Assembly (NCBI GenBank): GCA_016201065.1
Contig: JACQDL010000014.1
Coordinates: 99,547 to 163,546 of the forward strand
Direction: 5' to 3'
DNA: 64,000 nt
DNA from: Actinomycetota bacterium
GTDB taxonomy: Bacteria; Actinomycetota; Actinomycetes; Mycobacteriales; JACQDL01
Part shown: piece by piece, positions 18,068 through 27,496 of the stretch
How positions within the stretch are numbered: the first letter of the stretch is position 1
Layout of the letters: every line of letters begins with the position of its first letter
The notes under the pieces: generated by a model
What the model was told of the DNA's origin: nothing
Database searches by the model: none
The model's input: the letters and a program-made list of their open reading frames with translations, nothing else
Position numbers and translations under genes: made by a program

Positions 18068-20845
18068 GTGAAGACCGCCCACACCGACCGAATGGCGGGC
18101 AGCCGCCGGTTGGCGTCGGTCCCGCGCGAAGGTGGCGCCCCGCCCCGGCATCCAGCCGGCATCTGGCCGGTCCTGCTGGCCGGCGGTGCGGTGGCGGCCG
18201 GACTGCACTGGACGCCCGGCGGTTCCCAGCTGTGGACCAAGCTCGGTGCGCTTCTCCTGCTGGGCGCCTCGGTCGGCGGCGGGCTGCTGGCGCTGCGAGC
18301 GGCAGTCTCCGCCTCGGGCCCGGCCCGACGGACCTGGTGGGCGGTCGGTCTCGGCGCGCTGTGCTGGGCGGCCGGCCAGGCCGGCTGGTGCTGGAGCAGG
18401 CTCGCCGGCTCGCCGACCCCGGTGCCGTCCTGGTGTGACCTGGGCTTCGCCCTCTTTCCACTGCTGACCGCCATCGGACTGATCTCCGTCATCGACGACC
18501 CGATCGGCCGCCTGTCCCGACTGCGGTGCGGGTTGGAAGCGCTGATGCTCACCGGCTCCACCCTGTACATCGAATGGAGCCTGGTCCCGGCGGAGGCCGT
18601 GGCGACCGTGGGCGGCTCGACAGCCCAGCGGCTGATCACCTTCTACTACCCGAGCATGGACGCCTGGACACTGGCCATGGTCCTGTTCGCCTCCTCGCGG
18701 GTCGGTCCGGAGTACCGGACGATCATCGCCGGAATCGGGGCCGGGCTGGCTGCGATCAGCATGGCCGATGGCGGGTTCTCGCACCTGATCAACGCCGCGG
18801 CCGGCGACGGACTGTCCACGACGAGCGCTGGCTGGTTTCTCGGCTTCTTGCTCATCGCCCGAGCGGCGCTCGGCCCGGACCGGGCCGGCAGCCCGATGAG
18901 CCGGCTGCACCGCCGGATCGTCACCCTCGTGCCCTACCTGCTGGTCGCGGCCAGCGTTGGGGTCACCGTGGTCCGGGAGCTCGACGGCCAGCGACTGAGC
19001 GGGTTCCTGTTCTGGGACGCGGCGTGGGTCCTGGTGCTGCTGGTCGCCCACCACATCTCCGTCCTGCTGGAGAACGAGAGCCTCACCGCCCACCTGGAAC
19101 ATCGGATCGCGGAGCGCACCGCCTCGCTGGAGGCGACCGAGCGTTACTACCGCGCCCTGGTGCAGGGGTCCAGCGACATCGTCGTGGTCCTCGACGCCGA
19201 GCTGCGGGCCCGATACGTCTCCGACTCCGTCGAGCGGGTCTACGCCCTCTCGCCGCGCAGGCTGCTCGGGAGAACGGTAGCGGACCTGCTGCCGTACGAC
19301 GACGGAGTGGCAGAGCAGCTCGCCCTGGCCGCCTCGGGCACAGATCCGGTCCTGACCGAGATCACCCTGATGGACGGACGCGGCGACCGCCGTTCGGCGG
19401 AGGTCGGGATCACCAACCGCCTGGATGACCCGGCGGTACGGGGCCTCGTGCTGAACATCCGCGACGTCACCGAACGGTCGCGGCTGGAACGGCAGCTCCG
19501 GCACCAGGCGTTCCACGACGGGCTCACGGACCTGGCCAACCGCAGCCTGTTCTTCGAGTGCGCCGAGCGCGCTGCAAGCCAACCGGCCGGGCCGGGCCAG
19601 CAGAGTGCGTTGCTGATCATCGACCTGGACGGGTTCAAGACCATCAACGACAACCTCGGCCACCACCAGGGCGACGAGCTACTGCGGGTGATGGCGGCGC
19701 GGATGAGCCGGTTGCTGCGCGAGGTCGACACGCTGGCCCGCCTCGGTGGTGACGAGTTCGCCGTACTGCTGGTGGGCATCGACACCCCCGCGACCGCGAT
19801 GGATCGCGCGGAGGAGTTCCTCTCTGTGATCGCCGCACCGACCACCATCCTCGGCACGGAACGGGTGGTCACGGCGAGTATCGGCGTGGCGATGCTCAAC
19901 ACCGGAGACTCTGTCAGCGATGTCGTCCGCGCCGCCGATACCGCGATGTATGTCGCCAAGTTCGGTGGGAAGTCGCGGGCCGCACTGTTCGAGCCGGTCA
20001 TGCATGAGCACAGTCGACGCCGGTTCGAGATGCAGGGGCTGCTGCGCAACGCCCTGACCAACAAGGCGGTGCGGCTCAGCTACCAGCCGGTCTACGACCT
20101 GCGCACCGCGTCGCTGGAGGGCTTCGAAGCGCTGTTGCGGTGGACCGATCCCTCCGGCCGCCAGGTGCCACCGTCGGAGTTCATACCGATGGCCGAGGAT
20201 GGCGGCTTGATCGTCGAGCTCGGCCGATGGGTCCTGGACGAGGCGATCAGCCAGCTCGGCGCCTGGACGGTGGCCCTGCCGGCCGGGCCGGCCGGGCCGA
20301 ACCTCACCATGGCGATCAGCCTCTCGGCCCACCAGCTCCACGACCCCGGTCTGGTGACCGCCGTACACGACGCTCTGCTGCACGCCCGGGTCGCGCCGGC
20401 CCAGCTCATCCTGGAGATCACCGAAAGTGTCTTCGTCGCCGACGAGGGCGGCGTCTCGGACCGACTGGCGGCATTGCGAAGCCTGGGTGTGCGGATCGCC
20501 ATCGACGACTTCGGCACGGGCTACGCATCCCTGGCCTACCTGCAGCGGCTCCCGGTCGACATCCTCAAGATCGATCGATCCTTCCTGACCACCGGCGACG
20601 GCGACCATCCCGCACCCGAGCTGGTGCGGGCTATCGTGAAGATCGCGGACAGCCTCGGTCTGGTGACCCTTGCCGAGGGCGTCGAGTCCAGCGCTCACGT
20701 GGCGATCCTCCAGCGCGCGCGGTGCCGGCTCGCGCAGGGCTTCTACTACTCACCGCCCCTGGACGCCGAGGCCGCCTCGGCGCTGATCGCCGGGTCGACG
20801 GAGTCGGCGCAGCTAGGGCCGGTCGGTGGCGCCGCCGCGAGCTGA
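18068..20845 (+). CDS. membrane-anchored PAS-GGDEF-EAL signalling protein
   Basis: Multi-TM N-terminus, a PAS region, RLGGDEFAVLL, and EAL-domain motifs EGFEALLRW and DDFGTGYAS. Confidence 0.9.
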   Translation: MKTAHTDRMAGSRRLASVPREGGAPPRHPAGIWPVLLAGGAVAAGLHWTPGGSQLWTKLGALLLLGASVGGGLLALRAAVSASGPARRTWWAVGLGALCWAAGQAGWCWSRLAGSPTPVPSWCDLGFALFPLLTAIGLISVIDDPIGRLSRLRCGLEALMLTGSTLYIEWSLVPAEAVATVGGSTAQRLITFYYPSMDAWTLAMVLFASSRVGPEYRTIIAGIGAGLAAISMADGGFSHLINAAAGDGLSTTSAGWFLGFLLIARAALGPDRAGSPMSRLHRRIVTLVPYLLVAASVGVTVVRELDGQRLSGFLFWDAAWVLVLLVAHHISVLLENESLTAHLEHRIAERTASLEATERYYRALVQGSSDIVVVLDAELRARYVSDSVERVYALSPRRLLGRTVADLLPYDDGVAEQLALAASGTDPVLTEITLMDGRGDRRSAEVGITNRLDDPAVRGLVLNIRDVTERSRLERQLRHQAFHDGLTDLANRSLFFECAERAASQPAGPGQQSALLIIDLDGFKTINDNLGHHQGDELLRVMAARMSRLLREVDTLARLGGDEFAVLLVGIDTPATAMDRAEEFLSVIAAPTTILGTERVVTASIGVAMLNTGDSVSDVVRAADTAMYVAKFGGKSRAALFEPVMHEHSRRRFEMQGLLRNALTNKAVRLSYQPVYDLRTASLEGFEALLRWTDPSGRQVPPSEFIPMAEDGGLIVELGRWVLDEAISQLGAWTVALPAGPAGPNLTMAISLSAHQLHDPGLVTAVHDALLHARVAPAQLILEITESVFVADEGGVSDRLAALRSLGVRIAIDDFGTGYASLAYLQRLPVDILKIDRSFLTTGDGDHPAPELVRAIVKIADSLGLVTLAEGVESSAHVAILQRARCRLAQGFYYSPPLDAEAASALIAGSTESAQLGPVGGAAAS

Positions 20846-20871
20846 GGCGCCACCCGGGGACGTTGCCGTGG

Positions 20872-20900
20872 TTGCATCGATATACCCCTGGGGGTATTGT
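20872..20900 (+). promoter_or_regulatory. candidate sigma-70-type promoter TTGCAT-17-TATTGT
   Basis: The hexamers are 17 nt apart, about 105 nt upstream of the GTG at 21007. Confidence 0.5.
20882..20897. promoter_or_regulatory. CsoR/CstR-type operator ATACCCC-TG-GGGGTAT
   Basis: 7-2-7 inverted repeat spanning the promoter spacer and the -10 hexamer. Confidence 0.6.
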
Positions 20901-21006
20901 CACCTCATCTGCAACCCCCATCCGACCAACGCCCGAGGGCAATCGCCAACCGGCATCGGGTCGCTGATCGCGACCGGAGCCCGATGTCGCCAAGGAGGAC
21001 CGCGCG

Positions 21007-22398
21007 GTGAAGTTCACCCAGTATTACCTTGACTGCCTCTCACATGCCTCGTACCTGATCGGCGACGAGACCACCGGCCGTGCCGTGGTGGTCGACCCAC
21101 GCCGGGACGTCCAGGTCTACCTCGATGACGCTGCCGCCGCCGGGCTGCGCATCGAGCTCGTCATCGAGACTCACTTCCATGCCGACTTCCTGTCCGGGCA
21201 CCTGGAGCTGGCTCAGGCGACTGGTGCCGAGATCGCCTACGGCGAGGCAGCCAAGACAGAGTTCCCGGTCCGCCCGCTGGCCGACGGTGAGACCATCCCG
21301 CTGGGCGAGATCACCCTCAAGGTGCTGGCCACCCCCGGCCACACCCCGGAGTCGATCAGTGTGCTGGTGTACGAGCACGCCGGCGACGAGGTGCCCTATG
21401 GGGTGCTGACCGGCGACACCTTGTTCATCGGTGACGTCGGCCGCCCGGACCTGCTCGGCTCGCTCGGCTTCACCGCCGAGGAGATGGGCCGCAAGCTCTA
21501 CAACTCCCTGCACACGCAGCTCATGCCGCTGCCGGACGCGACCCGGGTCTTCCCGGCGCACGGCGCCGGCTCGTCCTGCGGCAAGCAGCTGTCCACCGAG
21601 ACCGTGTCGACCCTTGGTGAACAGCGGCACGCCAACTACGCGCTGGCCACGATGACCGAGGACGAGTTCGTCGCGATCGTGACCGACGGTCAGCCCAGCC
21701 AGCCGGAGTACTTCGTCTACGACGCGGTGCTCAACCGCAAGCAGCGGCCACTGCTGGACCAGTCCGACCCCCTGCCGCAGCTGACCCTCGACGAGGCCCT
21801 GGCCGCGCAGGCCGAGGGCGTGGTCCTGCTCGACACGCGTGACGCCGGCGAGTACGGGGCGGGCCACCTGCCAGGCTCGGTGTGGGTCGGCCTGGATGGC
21901 CGGTTCGCCGAGCAGGCCGGCAGCGTGGTCGCCCACGACGCGACCATCGTGCTGGTGAGCGAGCCGGGCACCGAGGACGAGGCGCGGGTCCGGCTGGCGC
22001 GGATCGGCTTCGACAACGTTCGCGGCTTCCTCGCCGACCCGCTTGCCGCGATCGCCGCCCAGCCGGACAAGGCGACGCACAGCTCGCGGGTCACCGCCGA
22101 GCAGCTCGACCGGCTGCGCGAGGAGGTCAACGGTCTCGTCGTGCTCGACGTCCGCAACCCGGGCGAGACCGCGCTCGGCACCGTCGAGGGTGCGGTGCTG
22201 ATGCCGCTGGCCAAGCTCAACGGCCGGATGGGCGAGCTGGACACGACCGCCCCCGTGGTGGTGGTCTGCGCCAGCGGTCGCCGGTCACTGAGCGCCGCGA
22301 GCCTGCTGTCCAAGGCAGGTTTCGGTGACGTGTCCGACCTGCTCGGTGGCTACACCGGCTATGTCGCGAGCACACGTTCGGCTGCGGCGGCGGGCTGA
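21007..22398 (+). CDS. MBL-fold persulfide dioxygenase fused to two rhodanese domains (CstB-like)
   Basis: ETHFHADF metal motif, two rhodanese modules and active-site VVVCASGRRS. AAGGAGG RBS. Confidence 0.9.
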   Translation: MKFTQYYLDCLSHASYLIGDETTGRAVVVDPRRDVQVYLDDAAAAGLRIELVIETHFHADFLSGHLELAQATGAEIAYGEAAKTEFPVRPLADGETIPLGEITLKVLATPGHTPESISVLVYEHAGDEVPYGVLTGDTLFIGDVGRPDLLGSLGFTAEEMGRKLYNSLHTQLMPLPDATRVFPAHGAGSSCGKQLSTETVSTLGEQRHANYALATMTEDEFVAIVTDGQPSQPEYFVYDAVLNRKQRPLLDQSDPLPQLTLDEALAAQAEGVVLLDTRDAGEYGAGHLPGSVWVGLDGRFAEQAGSVVAHDATIVLVSEPGTEDEARVRLARIGFDNVRGFLADPLAAIAAQPDKATHSSRVTAEQLDRLREEVNGLVVLDVRNPGETALGTVEGAVLMPLAKLNGRMGELDTTAPVVVVCASGRRSLSAASLLSKAGFGDVSDLLGGYTGYVASTRSAAAAG

Positions 22399-22405
22399 TC
22401 AACCA

Positions 22406-22442
22406 CCGTGGCGCCGGTCAGAGACCCTGACCGGCGCCACGG
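22406..22442. terminator. bidirectional terminator hairpin (16-bp perfect stem)
   Basis: ccgtggcgccggtcag-agacc-ctgaccggcgccacgg lies between convergent genes. Confidence 0.7.
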
Positions 22443-22463
22443 CGTTGTCCGGTGTGGTGCCGC

Positions 22464-22988
22464 CTACTCGGTGAGCGGGCGCCGGATGATGTCGAGGACC
22501 ACGACGCGGTCGTGCCGTGGGTGTGCCGCCACGTCCACCGCCTCCGCCCGGCACGCCGAGGCGAGCAACCCCCGCAGGGCAGCGAGGTCAGCCGCCGACG
22601 TCCCGGCCGGGCACCACAGGAGCATCCGCTCCCCGAAGCCCCGAGGCTCGGTCCAGAGTGCGACCGGGACCCGACTCCAGGCTCGCCCGGGCCAGGAGCC
22701 GACACAGCACGCGCGGACTCGACGCGGCGTGGTGATGCACCACCAGCGCGTCACCAGGCGCTGCCACAGCCGGGGTACCGCCGCCACGACCAGCAGCAGA
22801 ACGGCAAGCACCCCGAGCAGTCGGGCCGGGCCGAACCGGGTTGCGAGAACCGTCAGCAGCACGATGGCGCTCAGCTCATACCGCCACGACCAGCCAGCCA
22901 GCAAAGCGCGGACCCGCAAACGGGCGGGGGCCGAGGTCACCCCACCGTCGACGCGGGCGACCGACGACCCATCCCACTGTCCGGTCAT
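22464..22988 (-). CDS. hypothetical membrane-associated protein
   Basis: 174 aa from ATG 22988 with a GGAGGAGG RBS and two TM-like stretches. No family recognised. Confidence 0.6.
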   Translation of the reverse strand: MTGQWDGSSVARVDGGVTSAPARLRVRALLAGWSWRYELSAIVLLTVLATRFGPARLLGVLAVLLLVVAAVPRLWQRLVTRWWCITTPRRVRACCVGSWPGRAWSRVPVALWTEPRGFGERMLLWCPAGTSAADLAALRGLLASACRAEAVDVAAHPRHDRVVVLDIIRRPLTE

Positions 22989-23278
22989 CACACCTCCTCC
23001 CGTCGGCACCTCGCGGACCGCCGGGCGAGCGACGGCATCCCAGCGATTGCGTCCACCGGCAGACTCCATTCCCCGGAGCTCCCCGGAGCGAAGGGCGCGG
23101 CACGGATCTGGCAGAGTTGGCGGGCCGGGATGTGGTATAAAACGATCTTTCCGGCAGTGGCGCTGGCAGCGAAGCTGCCTCTATGATGCAGACCGTCCGC
23201 ATTATTGGCAAGTGCCAGGTGCATGAGCCGGGGGTCATTGCCGTACGGCAACAGGACTGCGAAAGGGGCCGCGCCACG

Positions 23279-24151
23279 GTGGCCGAGGACCTCAGTCCGA
23301 CGCTGCGCCGTCGTGAGCTCGGTGCGCGGCTTCGGGACCTGCGGCTGACCCTGGACCTGACGCTGGAGGACGTGGCCGCGAGCCTGCTGTGCTCACCCGC
23401 CAAGATAAGCCGGATCGAGACCGGCGCGCGCAACGTCAGTCAGCGGGACGTCCGGGACCTGTGCCGCCTCTACGGAGTCGCCGACACCGGTCAGCTCGAC
23501 CTGCTGACGCAGCTCGCCCGCGAGGGCAGGCGCCGCGCGTGGTGGCAGGACTATGACGAACTGACAAGTACCTACTCGACATACATCGGACTGGAACAGG
23601 CGGCAGTCACGGTCAGTGAGTTCAACCTGGGCGTGATTCCCGGATTGCTCCAGACCGAGCGATACACGCGCGGCCTGATCGACGGTATGGACCCACAACT
23701 GCTCGACGAAGAGGTGGACCAGCGTGTCGAGGTAAGGCTGCTCCGGCAACGCCGGCTATCCTCCAGTGACCCACCCGTCTTGCGGGCGGTGCTGGACGAG
23801 TCGGCCCTGTGGAGGGTGGTTGGCGACGCCGACGTCATGGCCGAGCAGCTTCTCGCACTAAGAGAGTCGGCGCGTTCGACCACCTCGGACATCCGGGTTC
23901 TCCCGTTCTCGGCGGGGGCTTACCCCGCGCTCAACGGGCAGTTCATCATCCTCGAGTTCAAGAACCAGATAATTGCCGATACAGTTTATGTGGAGAGCCT
24001 GAGCGGAAATTCATTCTTCAAACGTTCGGCGGACCTGGAACGGTATCACAAGATCTTTGCCGAAGTGCAAGAAATAGCCCTAAGTCCCGATGAGTCACTA
24101 AATCTGCTTGATCTGGTTCGACAGCACCATATACAACACCAGAAGAAATGA
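23279..24151 (+). CDS. XRE-family HTH regulator with DUF5753-type C-terminal domain (WhiJ-like)
   Basis: LTLEDVAASLLCSPAKISRIETGARNVSQRDVRDLCRLYGV. Composition is locally less GC-rich. Confidence 0.85.
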   Translation: MAEDLSPTLRRRELGARLRDLRLTLDLTLEDVAASLLCSPAKISRIETGARNVSQRDVRDLCRLYGVADTGQLDLLTQLAREGRRRAWWQDYDELTSTYSTYIGLEQAAVTVSEFNLGVIPGLLQTERYTRGLIDGMDPQLLDEEVDQRVEVRLLRQRRLSSSDPPVLRAVLDESALWRVVGDADVMAEQLLALRESARSTTSDIRVLPFSAGAYPALNGQFIILEFKNQIIADTVYVESLSGNSFFKRSADLERYHKIFAEVQEIALSPDESLNLLDLVRQHHIQHQKK

Positions 24152-24184
24152 CGGCGCTACCCACCACTCAAAGAGCGAGGAATC

Positions 24185-24400
24185 GTGCATCACACCGCAG
24201 GGTCCACCGAGCCAGCCTGGCAGAAGGCCAACCGGAGTCTCACCAACGGCGCATGCGTGGAGGTGGCAAAGCTCGACGGCAAGGTTGCGGTACGTGACTC
24301 GAAGGACCCGCAGGGTGGTTGGCTCGCCTATACACCGGCGGAATGGGCTGCCTTCCTCGACGGCGTGAAGAACGGCGAGTTCGACCACTACGCCGGCTGA
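24185..24400 (+). CDS. DUF397 domain-containing protein
   Basis: WQKANRSLTNGACVEVA...VAVRDSKDP...EWAAFLDGVKNGEFD. Confidence 0.85.
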   Translation: MHHTAGSTEPAWQKANRSLTNGACVEVAKLDGKVAVRDSKDPQGGWLAYTPAEWAAFLDGVKNGEFDHYAG

Positions 24401-24544
24401 CCCAGCGGCAGCGGTCAGCCAGTCGATCATCATTCCGGCCCGCCAGGCGCGGCCGCCACGACCATCGCGGTGACCCCGCCATGCCGCCTGGAAGAACTTC
24501 GCATACCATGGAGACTCCGCCCAAACTACATGTACGGGGTCTCC

Positions 24545-24766
24545 ATGAACGAAAATGATCGACTCGGCACGAAGCTCGCGTGGCAGAAGGCGCAACGGAG
24601 CGTGTCGAACGGAGCGTGTGTCGAGGTCGCCAGGCTGGCCGGCTCGATCGTGGTCCGCAGCTCGAGGCAACCGGACGGGCCGACCTTGTCCTACAGCCAA
24701 GAGGAATGGATCAGCTTCGTCGACGGCGTGAAGAACGGCGAGTTCGACCATCTGACCAACGCGTAG
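24545..24766 (+). CDS. DUF397 domain-containing protein (tandem paralogue)
   Basis: WQKAQRSVSNGACVEVA...EEWISFVDGVKNGEFD. The ATG at 24545 lies inside a hairpin. Confidence 0.8.
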   Translation: MNENDRLGTKLAWQKAQRSVSNGACVEVARLAGSIVVRSSRQPDGPTLSYSQEEWISFVDGVKNGEFDHLTNA

Positions 24767-24859
24767 CCGTCGGCAACGCCACGTCCGGAGCCGGGCACCG
24801 AGCTACGGTGCGCTCGCGCTGCCGCACGTGGTCCGGCACTCCCGGGGTGGCGCAAGGCA

Positions 24860-25822
24860 TCACGGGTTGTCGGGGCGCCAGCAGCGGAGCTGCGGCCCGG
24901 CAACCTCGAGCAGGTGACCTCCGGACCTGCCCAGCCGGAGCAGGTCCTCCGCAAGAGTTGAGGACCGCCGCGCAAGCATGAGTTCCGTGCCGCCCATCGT
25001 CGCGCCGACCCACCTGTCCCGCGCGACGTGTCCGCGCTCGAGCAACCCGGCGAGGGAGCTGCCCGCACGCAACAGGTCGCGGGCCTCCGCGAGCGAGCCG
25101 CACGCGGCCTCGATCACGTCCGCAAGCACATCACCATTCGCCTCGCACATCGCGGCGGTCAGCTCGGGGCGGCTGCCGGCGACCCGGGTGCCGTCCCGGA
25201 ACGACCCGGCGGCGAGCCTCAACGCCAGCTCGCCGCCGTCCGCGCCCACAGTCGCCAACACGGCAGCAAGGATGTGCGGCAGGTGGCTGATCCGGGCCAC
25301 CGCCCGGTCATGTTCCTCGGCGGTCGTGGGCACCACCCGGCAGCCGATCCCGGCCACCAGCTCAGCCACCGCGAGCCATGCCTCGACGTCGGTGTCGTCC
25401 TCCAGGCACAGCACCCAGGCCGCGCCGGAGAACAGATCGGGATCGCTCGCCGCGAACCCGGAACGCTCGGTGCCGGCCATCGGATGGCCCCCGACGTGTC
25501 GGAGCGAGGGTGCCACCGACCGGATGAGATCGCGCACCGGACGCTTCACGCTGGCCACGTCAGTAACCAGTGTGCCTGGCGCGGCGGCCCCGGCCACCAC
25601 CGGCAGCAGGCTCCGCAGCGCCGGTAGCGGTGTCGCCAGGACCACCAGGTCGGAACCCTCGACCGCGTCGCGCACCGTGGGCGCCACCAGGTACCCCGCA
25701 TCCGCCGCCGCGGACCGGGTAGCCGGGTCCTCGTCGTGGCCGCGCACCGCGAACCCGCTGGCCAACCGGCGCAACAGCGAGCCGCCGACCAGACCCAACC
25801 CAATCACGGCGATCGTGGCCAC
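24860..25822 (-). CDS. tyrA: prephenate dehydrogenase
   Basis: IAVIGLGLVGGS Rossmann start, HVGGHPMAG and ARISHLPH motifs. Confidence 0.9.
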   Translation of the reverse strand: MATIAVIGLGLVGGSLLRRLASGFAVRGHDEDPATRSAAADAGYLVAPTVRDAVEGSDLVVLATPLPALRSLLPVVAGAAAPGTLVTDVASVKRPVRDLIRSVAPSLRHVGGHPMAGTERSGFAASDPDLFSGAAWVLCLEDDTDVEAWLAVAELVAGIGCRVVPTTAEEHDRAVARISHLPHILAAVLATVGADGGELALRLAAGSFRDGTRVAGSRPELTAAMCEANGDVLADVIEAACGSLAEARDLLRAGSSLAGLLERGHVARDRWVGATMGGTELMLARRSSTLAEDLLRLGRSGGHLLEVAGPQLRCWRPDNP

Positions 25823-25895
25823 CCGAGCACCGTAGTACGTCCGGTGGTCACGACGCGCGCCATGGAGTGATCTTGCGCCGCGCTACGCTCCGCCC

Positions 25896-26399
25896 ATGGA
25901 GGCAGTGATCCGGCGGGCGCGCACCAGCGACGTCCGGGCGATCCGACGCTTCGTCGATCAGTACGCCGCCGAACGCATCCTGCTGAGCAAACCGACCGTC
26001 ACGCTGTACGAGGACATCCAGGAGTTCTGGGTGGCCGAGCGGGATACCGACGGCGACGTGATCGGCTGCGGTGCGCTGCACGTCATGTGGGAAGATCTCG
26101 CGGAGGTCCGGACCGTTGCGGTCGACCCCGCCGCGCGCGGGCACGGCGTGGGGCACCGGATCGTGGCCGAGCTGCTCGCGACCGCACGCGGGCTGGGCGT
26201 GCGGCGGGTCTTCGTGCTCACCTTCGAAACCGCGTTCTTCGGCTCTCTCGGGTTCGCCGAGGTCGAGGGCGCGCCGGTCCCGCCGGCCGTGTACGAGGAG
26301 CTGCTGCGCTCCTATGACGAGGGCGTGGCAGAGTTCCTCGGGCTGGAGTCGGTCAAGCCGAACACCCTGGGCAACACCCGGATGCTGCTCCACCTCTGA
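25896..26399 (+). CDS. argA: short-form amino-acid N-acetyltransferase (N-acetylglutamate synthase type)
   Basis: 167 aa that tracks the mycobacterial short ArgA closely (RRARTSDV...LYEDIQEFWVAE...RTVAVDP...RMLL). Confidence 0.8.
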   Translation: MEAVIRRARTSDVRAIRRFVDQYAAERILLSKPTVTLYEDIQEFWVAERDTDGDVIGCGALHVMWEDLAEVRTVAVDPAARGHGVGHRIVAELLATARGLGVRRVFVLTFETAFFGSLGFAEVEGAPVPPAVYEELLRSYDEGVAEFLGLESVKPNTLGNTRMLLHL

Positions 26400-26515
26400 C
26401 CCGGCCGGCACCAGCGGCACCAGCGGTCCGGTCAACTCCAACGGCGGCGTGCCGGCCCGGGTTTGGCTACCGCCGCTCTTGCCTGCGACGATCCGGTGAG
26501 GAGCGATCGAGGGGG

Positions 26516-27010
26516 TTGAGCGTGCCAGACGAGGGTTTCGCGGTCACGCTGTTTCGAGAGGGCGGTCAGTGGCAGTGCGCGCTGCTGCCACCGGCGGTCA
26601 TGGAGGACCTGGACAGCTGCGTCGCCGCCGTGCGCCAGCAGCCGCCCGACGGCGGACCGATTGTGCTCGTGGACATCGAGGATGAGTTCTTCGTGGCCGT
26701 ACGCGCAGGTGGTGAGCCTGGCGGCAGGGTGCGGGTGCTGCTCTCGGACGCCACCGCCGCCTCGGAGTACCCGCTGGCCCAGCAGGTCGTCGACCGGCTC
26801 GGTGAGGAGATCCCGGACGAGGACGAGCTCGACGAGATCTGGCCCATCGGCGATCTGCGGATGTTCGAGGATCTCGGGCTGGACGAGTTCGAGCTGCGCG
26901 CGATACTCGACGATCTCGACCTGTACGCGGACGAGATGCTCTCGGCCCTCACCCACCGCATCGGCCTCGCCGAGCCGTACGCTCGGGCTGTCGACATCTT
27001 GCTGCGGTAG
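26516..27010 (+). CDS. tRNA adenosine deaminase-associated protein
   Basis: 164-aa acidic protein at the conserved position upstream of tadA. Confidence 0.75.
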   Translation: MSVPDEGFAVTLFREGGQWQCALLPPAVMEDLDSCVAAVRQQPPDGGPIVLVDIEDEFFVAVRAGGEPGGRVRVLLSDATAASEYPLAQQVVDRLGEEIPDEDELDEIWPIGDLRMFEDLGLDEFELRAILDDLDLYADEMLSALTHRIGLAEPYARAVDILLR

Positions 27011-27034
27011 CGCGCGCCGCCTCGGAGGAACCTC

Positions 27035-27496
27035 GTGTCGTATTTTGCCGCTGTGGTTGCCCGGACGAACGGCCGCTGGTCGGCGCGAGAGCTCGATCTC
27101 GCCCGGGCCGAGACCATCGATGACCTCACCGAGCTGGTCCGCGACACCACCGCGGAGGCCAGCGTGTCGGTCCTGTTCATCGAGCAGGACGACGAGTATG
27201 TCGGCATCGTCCGGCTGGACGCCGAGATCGACGACCCGCGGGTGTTCCTGTCCAACTCCGGCGCGGGCGCCGAATACCCGCTGGCTGGAATCCTCGCGGA
27301 CGTGCTGGTCGAGGAGGACGACGAGATGGATGGCGAACCGGTGGGGGACCTCGACCTGGTCGGCGACCTTGGCACCCCGGCCCGGGACCTGATCGCCCTC
27401 ATCGAGCACGAGGGCATCCTCCCGGCGGACGTGATCAACACGGTGTGCGAGCGGGCCGGTTGCCTCGACGCCTTGGAGGGACTACGGGGGGCATGA
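27035..27496 (+). CDS. tRNA adenosine deaminase-associated protein (second paralogue)
   Basis: 153 aa sharing (E/S)EYPLA and acidic stretches with the previous gene; ATGA coupling to tadA. Confidence 0.75.
   Translation: MSYFAAVVARTNGRWSARELDLARAETIDDLTELVRDTTAEASVSVLFIEQDDEYVGIVRLDAEIDDPRVFLSNSGAGAEYPLAGILADVLVEEDDEMDGEPVGDLDLVGDLGTPARDLIALIEHEGILPADVINTVCERAGCLDALEGLRGA

Noticed and set aside
18035-19666. 543-aa minus-strand ORF
   Set aside because: It is antisense to the GGDEF-EAL gene and its composition is low-complexity.
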